NCBI GenBank assembly: GCA_003605065.1
Contig: QZJM01000049.1
Span: forward strand, 208 to 64,207
DNA from: Dethiobacter sp.
GTDB lineage: Bacteria; Bacillota; Dethiobacteria; DTU022; UBA8154
Length of the DNA: 64,000 bases
Direction: 5' to 3'
Below the pieces are notes generated by a model that was given only the letters and a program-made list of their open reading frames with translations, searched no databases and was not told the origin of the DNA. Below are positions 39,225-48,475 of the stretch, in pieces. Position numbers and translations under genes: made by a program. Every line of letters begins with the position of its first letter. The first letter of the stretch is position 1.

Positions 39225-40391
39225 TTACAGCAGGGCTACGGAGGCGTCTTTCTCCCGTTCTCCGTTTAAAATAGCCCGGGCTTCCTGCACAACCTCCTCT
39301 GCCGTGATCCCCAGCCCGGGCCGAAAATAAGTATACATCTTAAGGCTGTGTTCCAGTTCACCACCAATAGCGATACGGATCAGTTTGGCCAGCTGACCCT
39401 GCGCTGATTCTACCACAAGAAGCCGGGAGCAGGCAGTTAAGACGTTTTTAATATCTTTGTCTGGAAAGGGACGAAGGGTAATGGGCCGGAAAAAACCAAC
39501 GGGGATATCCTTTTCCCTTAATTCCCTGACAGCAGACCGCACACTCCTACCTACAATACCATGGGCGACAACGATGAGTTCAACTCCCTCCAGAAATCCT
39601 TCCTCCTTTTCGCTTAACGAAGGAGCAGCCCGGTGAAAATCGTCGATAATAGGTTTTAATACTTCGTAGAGCTCTTCTTCCACTGAAAAAGCGTTGCGCC
39701 AGTGGGCAGGTTCCCGGTCCACTCCGGGAACGCCCTTAAGGCCCACCATGGGAAATGTGGGTTTAAGATCAATCCCTTTTTCCCGGGGATCGTAAAGAGT
39801 AACAGGCTCCCTCATCTTGGCCTGGTAACCATCTCCTAAAACCAGAGTGGGAAAACGGTACTCCCAGGCTGTGGCAAAAGCTTTAATGGTCAGGTCGTAC
39901 ATCTCCTGGTGACTGCCTGGAGAATAGACTACCCTTAATCCCTCACCGTTTCCTCCGAAAATCGTTAAGAAAACTTCCTGCTGTGAGTAAATTACAGTAG
40001 CAGTGGAAGGCCCTCCCCTCTGCTGGACAACCAGAACCATGGGTATCCGCATCATTTCCGCCATGGAGAGGGGCTCCTGGAAAAGCACCGTTCCCGGACC
40101 AGCAGTGGCCGAAAAACAGCGCGCCCCTGCCATAATGCCTCCCAAAACGGCAAACCCTGCCGAGAGTTCATCTTCAGTCTGCAGAAACCCTCGCCCGTAA
40201 CGGGGAGCCAGCCGCGACCAGTAATGCATAACTTCATTCTGCGGCGTAATAGGGTAGCCAAATAAAAACTCAGCTCCGGCGGCCAGCGCTGCCCAAACCA
40301 CTACTTCATTACCGTACATGAAGGCCCGTTTTTCTCCTTCCAGGGACCTGGTTAAAAGTTTTTCTTCCTGTGTGACAGGTTGGTTTATCAT
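39225..40391 (-). CDS. 2-oxoacid:ferredoxin oxidoreductase alpha subunit
   Basis: 388 aa POR/KOR alpha family. Confidence 0.88.
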   Translation of the reverse strand: MINQPVTQEEKLLTRSLEGEKRAFMYGNEVVVWAALAAGAEFLFGYPITPQNEVMHYWSRLAPRYGRGFLQTEDELSAGFAVLGGIMAGARCFSATAGPGTVLFQEPLSMAEMMRIPMVLVVQQRGGPSTATVIYSQQEVFLTIFGGNGEGLRVVYSPGSHQEMYDLTIKAFATAWEYRFPTLVLGDGYQAKMREPVTLYDPREKGIDLKPTFPMVGLKGVPGVDREPAHWRNAFSVEEELYEVLKPIIDDFHRAAPSLSEKEEGFLEGVELIVVAHGIVGRSVRSAVRELREKDIPVGFFRPITLRPFPDKDIKNVLTACSRLLVVESAQGQLAKLIRIAIGGELEHSLKMYTYFRPGLGITAEEVVQEARAILNGEREKDASVALL

Positions 40392-40499
40392 ATCAGCATC
40401 TTCCCTTAAGAGAAAATAGACAAAACAGTATATTTTAGCTTTCCCTTTTGGCTCCTTTCTATAAACGATAGAGCATTATTTTTTTGTACATATTAAAAG

Positions 40500-40535
40500 G
40501 CGCGCCAGTTTAAGTTCGGCCGCCTTTTTAATTCA
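40500..40535. terminator. bidirectional intrinsic terminator AAAAGGCGcgccagtttaagttcggcCGCCTTTTT
   Basis: A perfect 8-bp GC-containing stem flanked by an A-run and a T-run. Lies downstream of the DUF1343 gene and upstream of the kor promoter. Confidence 0.6.
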
Positions 40536-40562
40536 TTATTGTAACCTACAAGGTCATAATGG

Positions 40563-42113
40563 TTAGTTTATGGTAACCGTTTGCAAATAGGCATTCCAGT
40601 GAACCCGGGCATCAAGATATTCACCCACATAGCGCACGGGGACCATTGTCCGGCCGTTTTTAATTACGGGGACTGTATCCATGCTTCTCAATTCACCGTT
40701 AACAACAGCCGAGGTGCTGTCAACGGTAAAGATGATTCTCTTCCCCGGCCTCGTAATGGTAATAATCCTTGCCTGGGCGTCCCAATCCACTGCTGCTCCC
40801 AAGGCCTCGGCTATAGCCCTGAGTGGAACCATGAGACGGCTATTCCTGTCAATATAGGGAACGGAGTCAAAAAGCACCGGCCTGCCGCCAACCGTCACCG
40901 TAATATCCTCCGGCCTGAGTTCATAGTCACTGATAAGATATTTTTTTCTTTCATCTTTAAACCTGTTCAGTGCAGGGGCATAATTCATTTCGATTTGCTG
41001 CGGGGATAGTCCCCGTTCCAGGTACTCACCAATTTTATTCGTTCCCATAACTTTATCGAACATGACCATCATGTTCTGTCCACTTTTGGGCACTTTAAAG
41101 TTACCAAGGGAATAAGCATAGGTTAAAGCATATATGCCTGTCCTGGCCGGATTAAACGTATAGGGGTCAACGATTTTTAACCTGACGCCCCCGGCTTCTC
41201 CCCGTTGTTCGGGAATAAAAGTCACCCCCGGAAAACCTGCCTGGTTGAGAAGGTCGGCATATTTCCCGGCATCAAGTCCTTTCCCGCCGATCCACTTAAA
41301 CTTATCCGCCTGAAAGATCCCCGTCCCTTCTCCCAAACCGGTAGCCATATAGCCAAAAACAGAATCCAAATCGGGAATATTGGGGGATGTCTGCACCCAG
41401 GTCAACCCGGTATCCTGGAATAACATCGTTCTCTTATAACCTTCCATGGGGACCACTTTTAGATCGGCCCCGATATTTCGATTGAAGAATCGTGCCAGTT
41501 CCCCCACCGTCATCCCGTGAGCCATGGGTAAATTATCCACGCCGACAAAAGTTTTATAAGGATCTTCCAGCACGGGCCCTTCCACTATTCTACCCCCCAG
41601 CGGGTTAGGCCGATCCAGGACAACTATCGTTTTCTTATATTTCTGAGCCGCCACCATGCAGTAATTTAAAGTTGAGATGTAAGTATAAGTTCGTGCCCCG
41701 ATATCCTGCATATCAAAAAGAAGCACGTCAACATTGCGCAGCATCTCCCCGGTGGGCATTCTTGTTTTCCCGTACAGGCTGTACACAGGTATTCCCAGTT
41801 TTTCGTGAATATAGGACTCTACGTATTCCCCGGCTTTGGCCTTACCGTCAATGCCGTGCTCAGGGCCAAAGAGCGCTACCAGATGGGTTGATTGATCGGA
41901 TGCCAGTATATCAATAGTACTCTCTCCCCTGCTGTTTACCCCGCTTTGATTTGTAATCAGCCCGACTTTTTTCCCCTCTATCAAATAGTAATACTTGCTC
42001 ATTAAATTCTCACTGCCGAGCTTAACCCTGGAAGTCTCCATACAAACAGCAAAATTAGCAGGAAATGCCAGTACAGCAACAAGAACTATCAGGGAAATTA
42101 TTTTTTTACTCAT
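40563..42113 (-). CDS. DUF1343 (NamZ/YbbC-like exo-beta-N-acetylmuramidase family) protein with signal peptide and C-terminal copper amine oxidase N-terminal-like (CuAO_N1) repeats
   Basis: The track ORF runs to 42200. The probable start is the ATG at 42113 (MSKKIISLIVLVAVLAFP, a signal peptide) with RBS AAAGGAGATAAG. The DUF1343 core is followed by two CuAO_N1-like repeats (...RLMVPLRAIAEALGAAVDWD...). Confidence 0.7.
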   Translation of the reverse strand: MSKKIISLIVLVAVLAFPANFAVCMETSRVKLGSENLMSKYYYLIEGKKVGLITNQSGVNSRGESTIDILASDQSTHLVALFGPEHGIDGKAKAGEYVESYIHEKLGIPVYSLYGKTRMPTGEMLRNVDVLLFDMQDIGARTYTYISTLNYCMVAAQKYKKTIVVLDRPNPLGGRIVEGPVLEDPYKTFVGVDNLPMAHGMTVGELARFFNRNIGADLKVVPMEGYKRTMLFQDTGLTWVQTSPNIPDLDSVFGYMATGLGEGTGIFQADKFKWIGGKGLDAGKYADLLNQAGFPGVTFIPEQRGEAGGVRLKIVDPYTFNPARTGIYALTYAYSLGNFKVPKSGQNMMVMFDKVMGTNKIGEYLERGLSPQQIEMNYAPALNRFKDERKKYLISDYELRPEDITVTVGGRPVLFDSVPYIDRNSRLMVPLRAIAEALGAAVDWDAQARIITITRPGKRIIFTVDSTSAVVNGELRSMDTVPVIKNGRTMVPVRYVGEYLDARVHWNAYLQTVTIN

Positions 42114-42181
42114 CTTATCTCCTTTCATTGGCCGGTTGTCTCCTAAAATAACATATAAAAGACACTTTTCCGGGGAATATG

Positions 42182-42928
42182 TCACTTTCCTCCACCCCAT
42201 CTCCAGACCAGGATAAAACCAGCAATAAAAGCAAGAAATACCGGAATGTTAAAAAAAGCGGGCAACAGTACCCTGGCCGAACCGGCGATTAAGCCTGCAA
42301 AAAAATAAGCTGTAGGGGCCTGATACCGGGAATAAAGCTTATCCAAAACCTTTGCCAGGAAAAAAATGCCAAGCAGGCAGCCGGCACCAAAAATGAAGAG
42401 GTTAATCAGGGCAAACTCCTTAATATAAAAGAGCACATCGTCATATATCCCCAGAAGAATCAACACCGAACTTCCGGGTATACCCGGAATCAACATGGTG
42501 GCGCTGGAAAAAGCTCCCCCCAGAACCAGGACGGCCCAGTTTATTTCGCTGCTTTCCGCAACAATACCGAGGGGTTCATTGGCCAGGAGAAAAGCTAAAA
42601 GGAACCCCGCTGCCAGGATTAGTATCCTGCCGGCGCTGGGGTGGGGGCGGCTGTTAAATACAGTCTTGATGGAGGCCAGCAGGAGCCCCATAAGAAAAGC
42701 AGAAGTTATATCGCGGTAAGAGGCAAAAAGCATGGAAAAAAAGAAACCCCCGACAAATATACCCCCAATGGTCCCACAGACTAAAGGCAAGTACGGTTTA
42801 AGATTAAACCTGGAAAGGTCGTTTATGATCTTTTCATAAAGTCCCAGGATTATAAAAGCTGTCCCCCCGCTCATTCCCGGCAGGACAATGACAAATCCCA
42901 GAATGATTCCTTTAAGGATCGAATGCAA
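42182..42928 (-). CDS. DUF368-family polytopic membrane protein (family recently assigned as undecaprenyl-phosphate translocase UptA/PopT)
   Basis: 248 aa, very hydrophobic, with a two-fold internal repeat (LPGMSGGTAFIILGLYE / IPGIPGSSVLILLGIYD) typical of DUF368. Confidence 0.55.
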   Translation of the reverse strand: MHSILKGIILGFVIVLPGMSGGTAFIILGLYEKIINDLSRFNLKPYLPLVCGTIGGIFVGGFFFSMLFASYRDITSAFLMGLLLASIKTVFNSRPHPSAGRILILAAGFLLAFLLANEPLGIVAESSEINWAVLVLGGAFSSATMLIPGIPGSSVLILLGIYDDVLFYIKEFALINLFIFGAGCLLGIFFLAKVLDKLYSRYQAPTAYFFAGLIAGSARVLLPAFFNIPVFLAFIAGFILVWRWGGGK

Positions 42929-43419
42929 AAAAAATACTCCTCTCTAAAAGGCCGGAAAATATTAAAGCCGGAAATCGGCACGGCAACATGAATTTTTTAA
43001 GCGCAAACGGTGAATGTTGCATTAACATTATCGGTACTCTTTCTGTAAAAATTTCTTTCTTCCTGCAAGTTATACGGCTTTACTCTAAAAAAAGCCGGGA
43101 TCCTGAACGGCTTCCCGGTTTTTATAAATTCATCATTTTTTTAAGTTGTTCTCCAAGCTTTTTAATTATTCCCTGCTCAGAGGAATTTTAAACTCATTAA
43201 TTATACTCCCGTCCCTGGCACTATAGGCAAAAACCCGTAATATCATTTTTTGGGGAACGTCTTCAGGAACGGAAATTATGTAAACTCCTCCCTCAATAAA
43301 AGTATTTTGTACTTCTCCTTAAAGAACCATTTACCTTCACAGTCCATATAATGAAGTAACCTGCAGCGAAAATCAGTGCGTAAACATAAAAAATATTTTG
43401 CGAAGTCAGGTGATCTCTA

Positions 43420-43671
43420 ATGACCATTAAACTCGTAAAAGAGAAATACGAAAAGCTTTTAATGCGCAACCCCAACGTTATATGTGTAGGTACCGGTTCG
43501 AAAGCAAACAAAGAAATAATTAAGATTTTTGTAAAGCAAAAGGCACAGGAGCAGCTGTTAAAGTCGGAAGAGAGCATCCCTGGTGAACTGGATGGATTTG
43601 AAACCGATGTAGAAGAAATTGGGGAAGTGACATCGCTAACGGTTAAAATAAAGGAGGAAAGCTTACCGTGA
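43420..43671 (+). CDS. small protein paralogous to the N-terminal domain of the downstream peptidase
   Basis: 83 aa with RBS AGGTGAT. NPNVICVGTGSK...KEIIKIFVKQKAQEQLL aligns with RANVIGMGVGMK...EPALVVLVTHKKAREEL of ORF 43668..44717. GTGA stop/start overlap. Confidence 0.55.
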   Translation: MTIKLVKEKYEKLLMRNPNVICVGTGSKANKEIIKIFVKQKAQEQLLKSEESIPGELDGFETDVEEIGEVTSLTVKIKEESLP

Positions 43672-44717
43672 GGGAAGGTAAAAATAAAATGATGCTGTCA
43701 GCAGCGAATATTGAAAGCGCACAAAAAGCTCACAGTATAGCTGCTGACGATTTTCTAGATACTGCACACCGCCGGGCCAATGTCATCGGCATGGGAGTAG
43801 GGATGAAATGGAAAAATGCTCAACCTACAGGCGAACCGGCTCTTGTGGTTCTGGTAACACACAAAAAGGCCAGAGAAGAGCTATGCTCCTCTGACCTGAT
43901 TCCTGAGAAACTGGCCGGTATGCAAATCGATGTCTTGGCCATAGGCTATCCCCTTGCTGGCGGAGGGGAAATAATGGAAAATCCCGCACAAACTCTTGCC
44001 AGGCAAATACGCCCGGTAAAAGGCGGTTTCAGCGTAGGGCACAAAAATATTACAGCGGGTACCATTGCCACCTGCATTTATAATATTTTGCCGGAAAACA
44101 GTACCAGTGCACACAATTACGGAACTGGCATACCGGGCAGGTACTACATTCTCAGCAACAATCATGTCCTTGCCAACAGCAACCTGGCTGCTCCCGGTGA
44201 CCCCATTCTCCAACCCGGCCCTTTTGACGGAGGCATGTACCCGAGGGATCGCATCGCCACCCTGAGCCGCTTTGTTCCCATTACCTTCGAACCCCCGGTT
44301 CCCAGGGAGAAACACCACAACCTCGTGGATGCAGCCATTGCCGAAGGGGAATTTCATAACCTGAATCGAGAAATCTACTGGATCGGACACGTCCGTGGCT
44401 GGAGACCCAAAAATGAAATTACCGTAGGTATATATGTACAAAAGACGGGGCGTACCACAAATTATTCCGTCGGTAGGATTACGGCGATAAACGCTACAGT
44501 GGATATAAGCTACGATGCTGGGAGAACGGCCAGGTTTAAAGACCAGATTATTACCACGAATATTTCTGCCGGTGGGGATTCCGGTTCCCTGGTAACCACG
44601 CTGGACAATGTAGCTATCGGACTGCTTTTTGCAGGTTCATCTATCGCCACCATTGTCAATCAGATCGAAAACGTGCGTTCTTTGCTTCAGGTAGAAATAG
44701 CTGAGGAAATACTTTAA
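43668..44717 (+). CDS. chymotrypsin-fold (S1-like) serine peptidase with N-terminal extra domain
   Basis: 349 aa with a candidate catalytic triad: His in SNNHVLAN, Asp in HNLVDAAIAEG, Ser in GGDSGSLV. GTG start 10 nt after an AAGGAGG RBS. Confidence 0.6.
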   Translation: MREGKNKMMLSAANIESAQKAHSIAADDFLDTAHRRANVIGMGVGMKWKNAQPTGEPALVVLVTHKKAREELCSSDLIPEKLAGMQIDVLAIGYPLAGGGEIMENPAQTLARQIRPVKGGFSVGHKNITAGTIATCIYNILPENSTSAHNYGTGIPGRYYILSNNHVLANSNLAAPGDPILQPGPFDGGMYPRDRIATLSRFVPITFEPPVPREKHHNLVDAAIAEGEFHNLNREIYWIGHVRGWRPKNEITVGIYVQKTGRTTNYSVGRITAINATVDISYDAGRTARFKDQIITTNISAGGDSGSLVTTLDNVAIGLLFAGSSIATIVNQIENVRSLLQVEIAEEIL

Positions 44718-44743
44718 GGTGCTGCCCTTTATGAATGAATAGA

Positions 44744-46027
44744 TCAAGACAGGTATTTCCTGGCCAGCGCCATAAGGAAGTCAGCTTTAAAATAAAGGCT
44801 GGGTACGTCTATTCTTTCATTTTTGCCATGAATTGTCGTCCTGACATCCTGGTCAAATTCCCGGGCCATATGACCGATACCATAAGAAGGTATGCCTGCA
44901 CTGCGCAGGAATCTTGAATCTGTGGCCCCGGGGGAAATATGCGGCAGACATGAAATTTCTTCTCCTGCCATTTCCCTGGTTATGCTCTCTATCAGCCGGT
45001 AGTAGTCCGACTGGGAAGTTGAAAAGGTCGGTGCCACATAGTTGTCAATTTCAATAAGGATATCCTCTCCCAGGTAGCGGCGCAGTTCACCAATCACGTA
45101 TTTTTGATCCTGCCCCGGAAGAATCCTGATATCAATACTGGCAGAACAAAAATCAGGAACAATATTGGTTTTACTTCCGCCTCCGATAACGTTTGGAGAA
45201 ACAGTCATCCTTGTCATGGCGCGGAGGGTTTCGGCAAAACTTTTGTCGTCAAACCCGTTTAGTAAAATATCCACGTTTTCCTTCTTCACTGCCCCATCCA
45301 GTCCTTTCAGGCGCAGCAGCTCCTGCAGCAGGCATTCCACTTCGGGAATTAACCTGCTTTCCGGTTCATAGCCTGCCAGGTTATTTAGCGCCCGGGCCAT
45401 CTTTAGTACGGCATTGTCGCCCAGTGCCGGAACAGAGCCGTGGCAGGATTTCCCTGCTGCCTGGAGTTTACTCCAGGCCGTTCCCTTTTCTCCGACCTGG
45501 ATGAAGTAAATCATCCGGCCGTTCCAAAAAACAGGCTCCTCTCCACCCTCGTTAACGGCAAAATCCGCCTGAATTTTTTCCGGGCAGTTTTCCAGGAGGT
45601 ATTTTATACCGAAATGACCACCTTTCTCTTCATCTGCGGTTGCAGCCAGGATTAATGTGCCGTTAAGCGGCACAACTTCCCTGGCGAGCTGTAATAAAGT
45701 GTAAACCTGGGCAGCCATTAACCCCTTGCAATCCAGGGCACCCCGACCGTAAACCACCCCATTACAGATATCGCCGCAGAACGGGTCAAAATCCCATCCT
45801 TCACCAGCAGGCACCACATCGGAATGAGAGAGAAAAAGAAGTTTTTTAGAACCTGAACCAAGCCTGGCGATAATATTGGCACGGTCTTTTGCTGATTCCA
45901 TAATTTCATAAGGGATCCTGGCGGCGTCAAAGAGCTCTTTAAGATAACTGACCACCCTGATTTCATTTCCCGGAGGGTTAACCGTGTTCAGGCGAATTAG
46001 ATCGGAAAGAATACGTTCCGGGGTCAC
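44744..46027 (-). CDS. M20-family metallopeptidase (ArgE/DapE/dipeptidase-like)
   Basis: 427 aa with HSDVVP, the GRGALDCKG metal-binding signature and ATADEEKGG. Confidence 0.85.
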   Translation of the reverse strand: MTPERILSDLIRLNTVNPPGNEIRVVSYLKELFDAARIPYEIMESAKDRANIIARLGSGSKKLLFLSHSDVVPAGEGWDFDPFCGDICNGVVYGRGALDCKGLMAAQVYTLLQLAREVVPLNGTLILAATADEEKGGHFGIKYLLENCPEKIQADFAVNEGGEEPVFWNGRMIYFIQVGEKGTAWSKLQAAGKSCHGSVPALGDNAVLKMARALNNLAGYEPESRLIPEVECLLQELLRLKGLDGAVKKENVDILLNGFDDKSFAETLRAMTRMTVSPNVIGGGSKTNIVPDFCSASIDIRILPGQDQKYVIGELRRYLGEDILIEIDNYVAPTFSTSQSDYYRLIESITREMAGEEISCLPHISPGATDSRFLRSAGIPSYGIGHMAREFDQDVRTTIHGKNERIDVPSLYFKADFLMALARKYLS

Positions 46028-46302
46028 TTCTTAGTATCACTCCTTGAATTATTATTGGCGCAAGGGTCACAACTATGGAGAAAAAACCCGAACTTAACTG
46101 GTACGCCTCTTTCCACCTTGGGCGGAAATGTTACCGTTGCTTTAATCAGCAAGTTCGGAATTAAAAAGCGCGAGGAGCGAAGGTTAAGGAGGCCAACTGT
46201 TTGAGCGAAGCGAGTTGTTGGCCGACTCCTTAAGCGACGAGCGCTACCTTAGTGTGGGTTGAACTTGCCTAAAGCAACGGAAACTTTCCGGCCGTTTTCG
46301 TA

Positions 46303-47592
46303 CTAACTGCTTTTGGCTTCTGCCCTTAGTATAACCTCGGCTGAAGGTTTTTTAAGCAGCAGCGATCCGGCAAGGCCGATCATGGAAATAAGGGCAGCCG
46401 CAGTAAAAGCCAGGGTGAAAGTCCCCGTTTTATCAGCAATAAATCCCCCCAGAGCCGGGCCGAGCGCCTGCCCAGTTCCAAAAAACAGGGAAATAAAACC
46501 CACGCCTGCAGGGGCAAGCTGCGGCCCCACGTAGTCCCCCGCCGCCGCGGCCATGATTGTAGGTATGCTCCAGGCACTTAGACCAAATAACACCAGGGAA
46601 ACATAGAAAGCTCCCATGGAATTAAAAAGGGCAAAAATAATATAGGAACAGGCCAGCGTTAGATAAGCCAGCGCCGCGCCATATTTTCTCCCCAAAATGT
46701 CGGAAATCCCTCCCCAGATGACCCCGCAAAAGATGCTAAGCCCCCCTACCAGCGCCCACATGGCACTGGCCTGACCAACGGAAATGCCTATCTCCTCAGT
46801 AAGAAAAGCTTTGAAAAATGTCATGTAGATAACGTAAGAAAAACCGTACATAAAGTACACAATACCTATATGCCAGACCTCTTTTACACGGTACACCAGT
46901 CTCCACTGCAGGTTACTGGGGCGCCCCGCCGCAGGTGCCGGTGCCGGGTTGTCCACTGATGCTGCTGCCCCCACAGGTAGCAGGCCGAGATCTGCGGGCC
47001 GGTTTCTGAGGAAAGCATAACAAACACCGGAGATAACCAGCACCAGCCCACCGAGGTAATACCAGGAATACGACCAACCCCGGGTACCATAAGTAATAAG
47101 AATAAGGGGAACAATAAGGCCGGAAATAAATGTGCCCACGCCGATACCACCGGAGACAATACCTGTAGCAAAACCCCGGCGCTTCATGGCAAACCAGGTT
47201 GAACCCAAGGCCATGGCCGGCACATAAGATCCCCCGTTTCCAATTCCGCTAAGCAAGCGCATGGCAAAAGCGAACTCGAAAGAACCGGCCATGCCTGTTA
47301 ACAGCATGGTAATTCCCATCAGCAGCAAAGAAAGGGAAATAACGATCCGGCTGCCGTACCTGGCAGCGAGAAATCCGCCGATAAGTGCAAAAACAAGGTA
47401 TCCTATAAAATTACCCGTCCCCAACAGGCCTGATTGAGCCCAGGTCAATCCCAGGCCGTTACGCATCTCAGGAAGAATGAGGGTATAGGCCATCCTTCCA
47501 AAACCGTGCGCTCCAATAGTGGTAAGCATCCCCATAAAGATTACTACCCAGCCGTAATGAAATTTATGCGACTTTACCTGCGGTTTGCTCAT
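46303..47592 (-). CDS. MFS transporter
   Basis: 429 aa, 12 predicted TM segments, MFS signature loops. Confidence 0.8.
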   Translation of the reverse strand: MSKPQVKSHKFHYGWVVIFMGMLTTIGAHGFGRMAYTLILPEMRNGLGLTWAQSGLLGTGNFIGYLVFALIGGFLAARYGSRIVISLSLLLMGITMLLTGMAGSFEFAFAMRLLSGIGNGGSYVPAMALGSTWFAMKRRGFATGIVSGGIGVGTFISGLIVPLILITYGTRGWSYSWYYLGGLVLVISGVCYAFLRNRPADLGLLPVGAAASVDNPAPAPAAGRPSNLQWRLVYRVKEVWHIGIVYFMYGFSYVIYMTFFKAFLTEEIGISVGQASAMWALVGGLSIFCGVIWGGISDILGRKYGAALAYLTLACSYIIFALFNSMGAFYVSLVLFGLSAWSIPTIMAAAAGDYVGPQLAPAGVGFISLFFGTGQALGPALGGFIADKTGTFTLAFTAAALISMIGLAGSLLLKKPSAEVILRAEAKSS

Positions 47593-47625
47593 GGACTTGA
47601 ACCACCTTTCTGTTATGATTAAAAA

Positions 47626-48402
47626 TTAAACTTGTTCCAGTAATTCCAGTACTCCGGTCATTATCTCCCCGGCCTCCCCCTTTATGATTAAGTCGGCAAT
47701 ACTGTCCAGGGGAGTGCTTTCCCTGTTGATAATTACCAGTTTTGCCCCTGAGTTTTTAGCTGTTTCCGGGAGTTGGGCTGCAGGATATACTACCAGGGAA
47801 GAACCTATGCAAAGAAGGAGATCGCAGTTCATACTGCAGCGCTGGGCTTCCTGGAGTGTTCCCACCGGCAAGGACTGTCCGAAAGATACGGTAGCGGGCT
47901 TGAGCAACCCCCCGCACTGGTGGCAGTTGTTCACTTCCCGTCCCCCTTCCAGGAGATTGAAAATTTCTTCCCAGGGGTAGAAATAATTACAGGACAGGCA
48001 GCGGACCTCCCACATAGTCCCGTGAAGCTCTAAAACTTTCGCCGGGCTGTTACCAGCCGCCTGGTGCAGTCCGTCTATGTTCTGGGTGATCACAGCCATT
48101 ACTTTCCCCTGCTGCTCAAGGTCAGCCACAGCCCGGTGGGCACTGTTGGGCTGTACCCCGGTAGCGCCTTTCCAGTATTCCCGGTAAAACTCCCAGTACT
48201 TGCGACGGCTTACCGGATTAGCGATAAAATTCGGGTAGGACAGCTCTGAGGGATCGAAGCGGTCCCATATGCCTCCCGGGCTCCGGAAATCGGGTATTCC
48301 AGATTCAGTGCTGATCCCGGCACCGGTAAAAACAACTATTCTCTGGCTTTCCTTTATCCAGCGGGCAAGTTCCATCAACGTTTCTTTTTTCCCCTTGTTC
48401 AA
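47626..48402 (-). CDS. cobB: NAD-dependent protein deacylase, Sir2 family
   Basis: 258 aa with GAGISTESGIPDFRS, zinc-finger Cys pairs (CLSC...CHQCGG) and GSSLVV. Confidence 0.88.
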   Translation of the reverse strand: MNKGKKETLMELARWIKESQRIVVFTGAGISTESGIPDFRSPGGIWDRFDPSELSYPNFIANPVSRRKYWEFYREYWKGATGVQPNSAHRAVADLEQQGKVMAVITQNIDGLHQAAGNSPAKVLELHGTMWEVRCLSCNYFYPWEEIFNLLEGGREVNNCHQCGGLLKPATVSFGQSLPVGTLQEAQRCSMNCDLLLCIGSSLVVYPAAQLPETAKNSGAKLVIINRESTPLDSIADLIIKGEAGEIMTGVLELLEQV

Positions 48403-48475
48403 TATTCCTCCTCCTTTTCTTCCGAGGTGTATAATAAAATTAATGATTCGAAGTGATTTTTTACAGTAGAATCAA

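Noticed and set aside
38924-39274. 116-aa plus ORF spanning the korA-korB gap
   Set aside because: Antisense to the operon. Created by the GC-rich repeats. The repeat and hairpin structure is the more parsimonious explanation.
42988-43191. 67-aa plus ORF upstream of the S1 pair
   Set aside because: Contains the intrinsic terminator in its middle and has no RBS.
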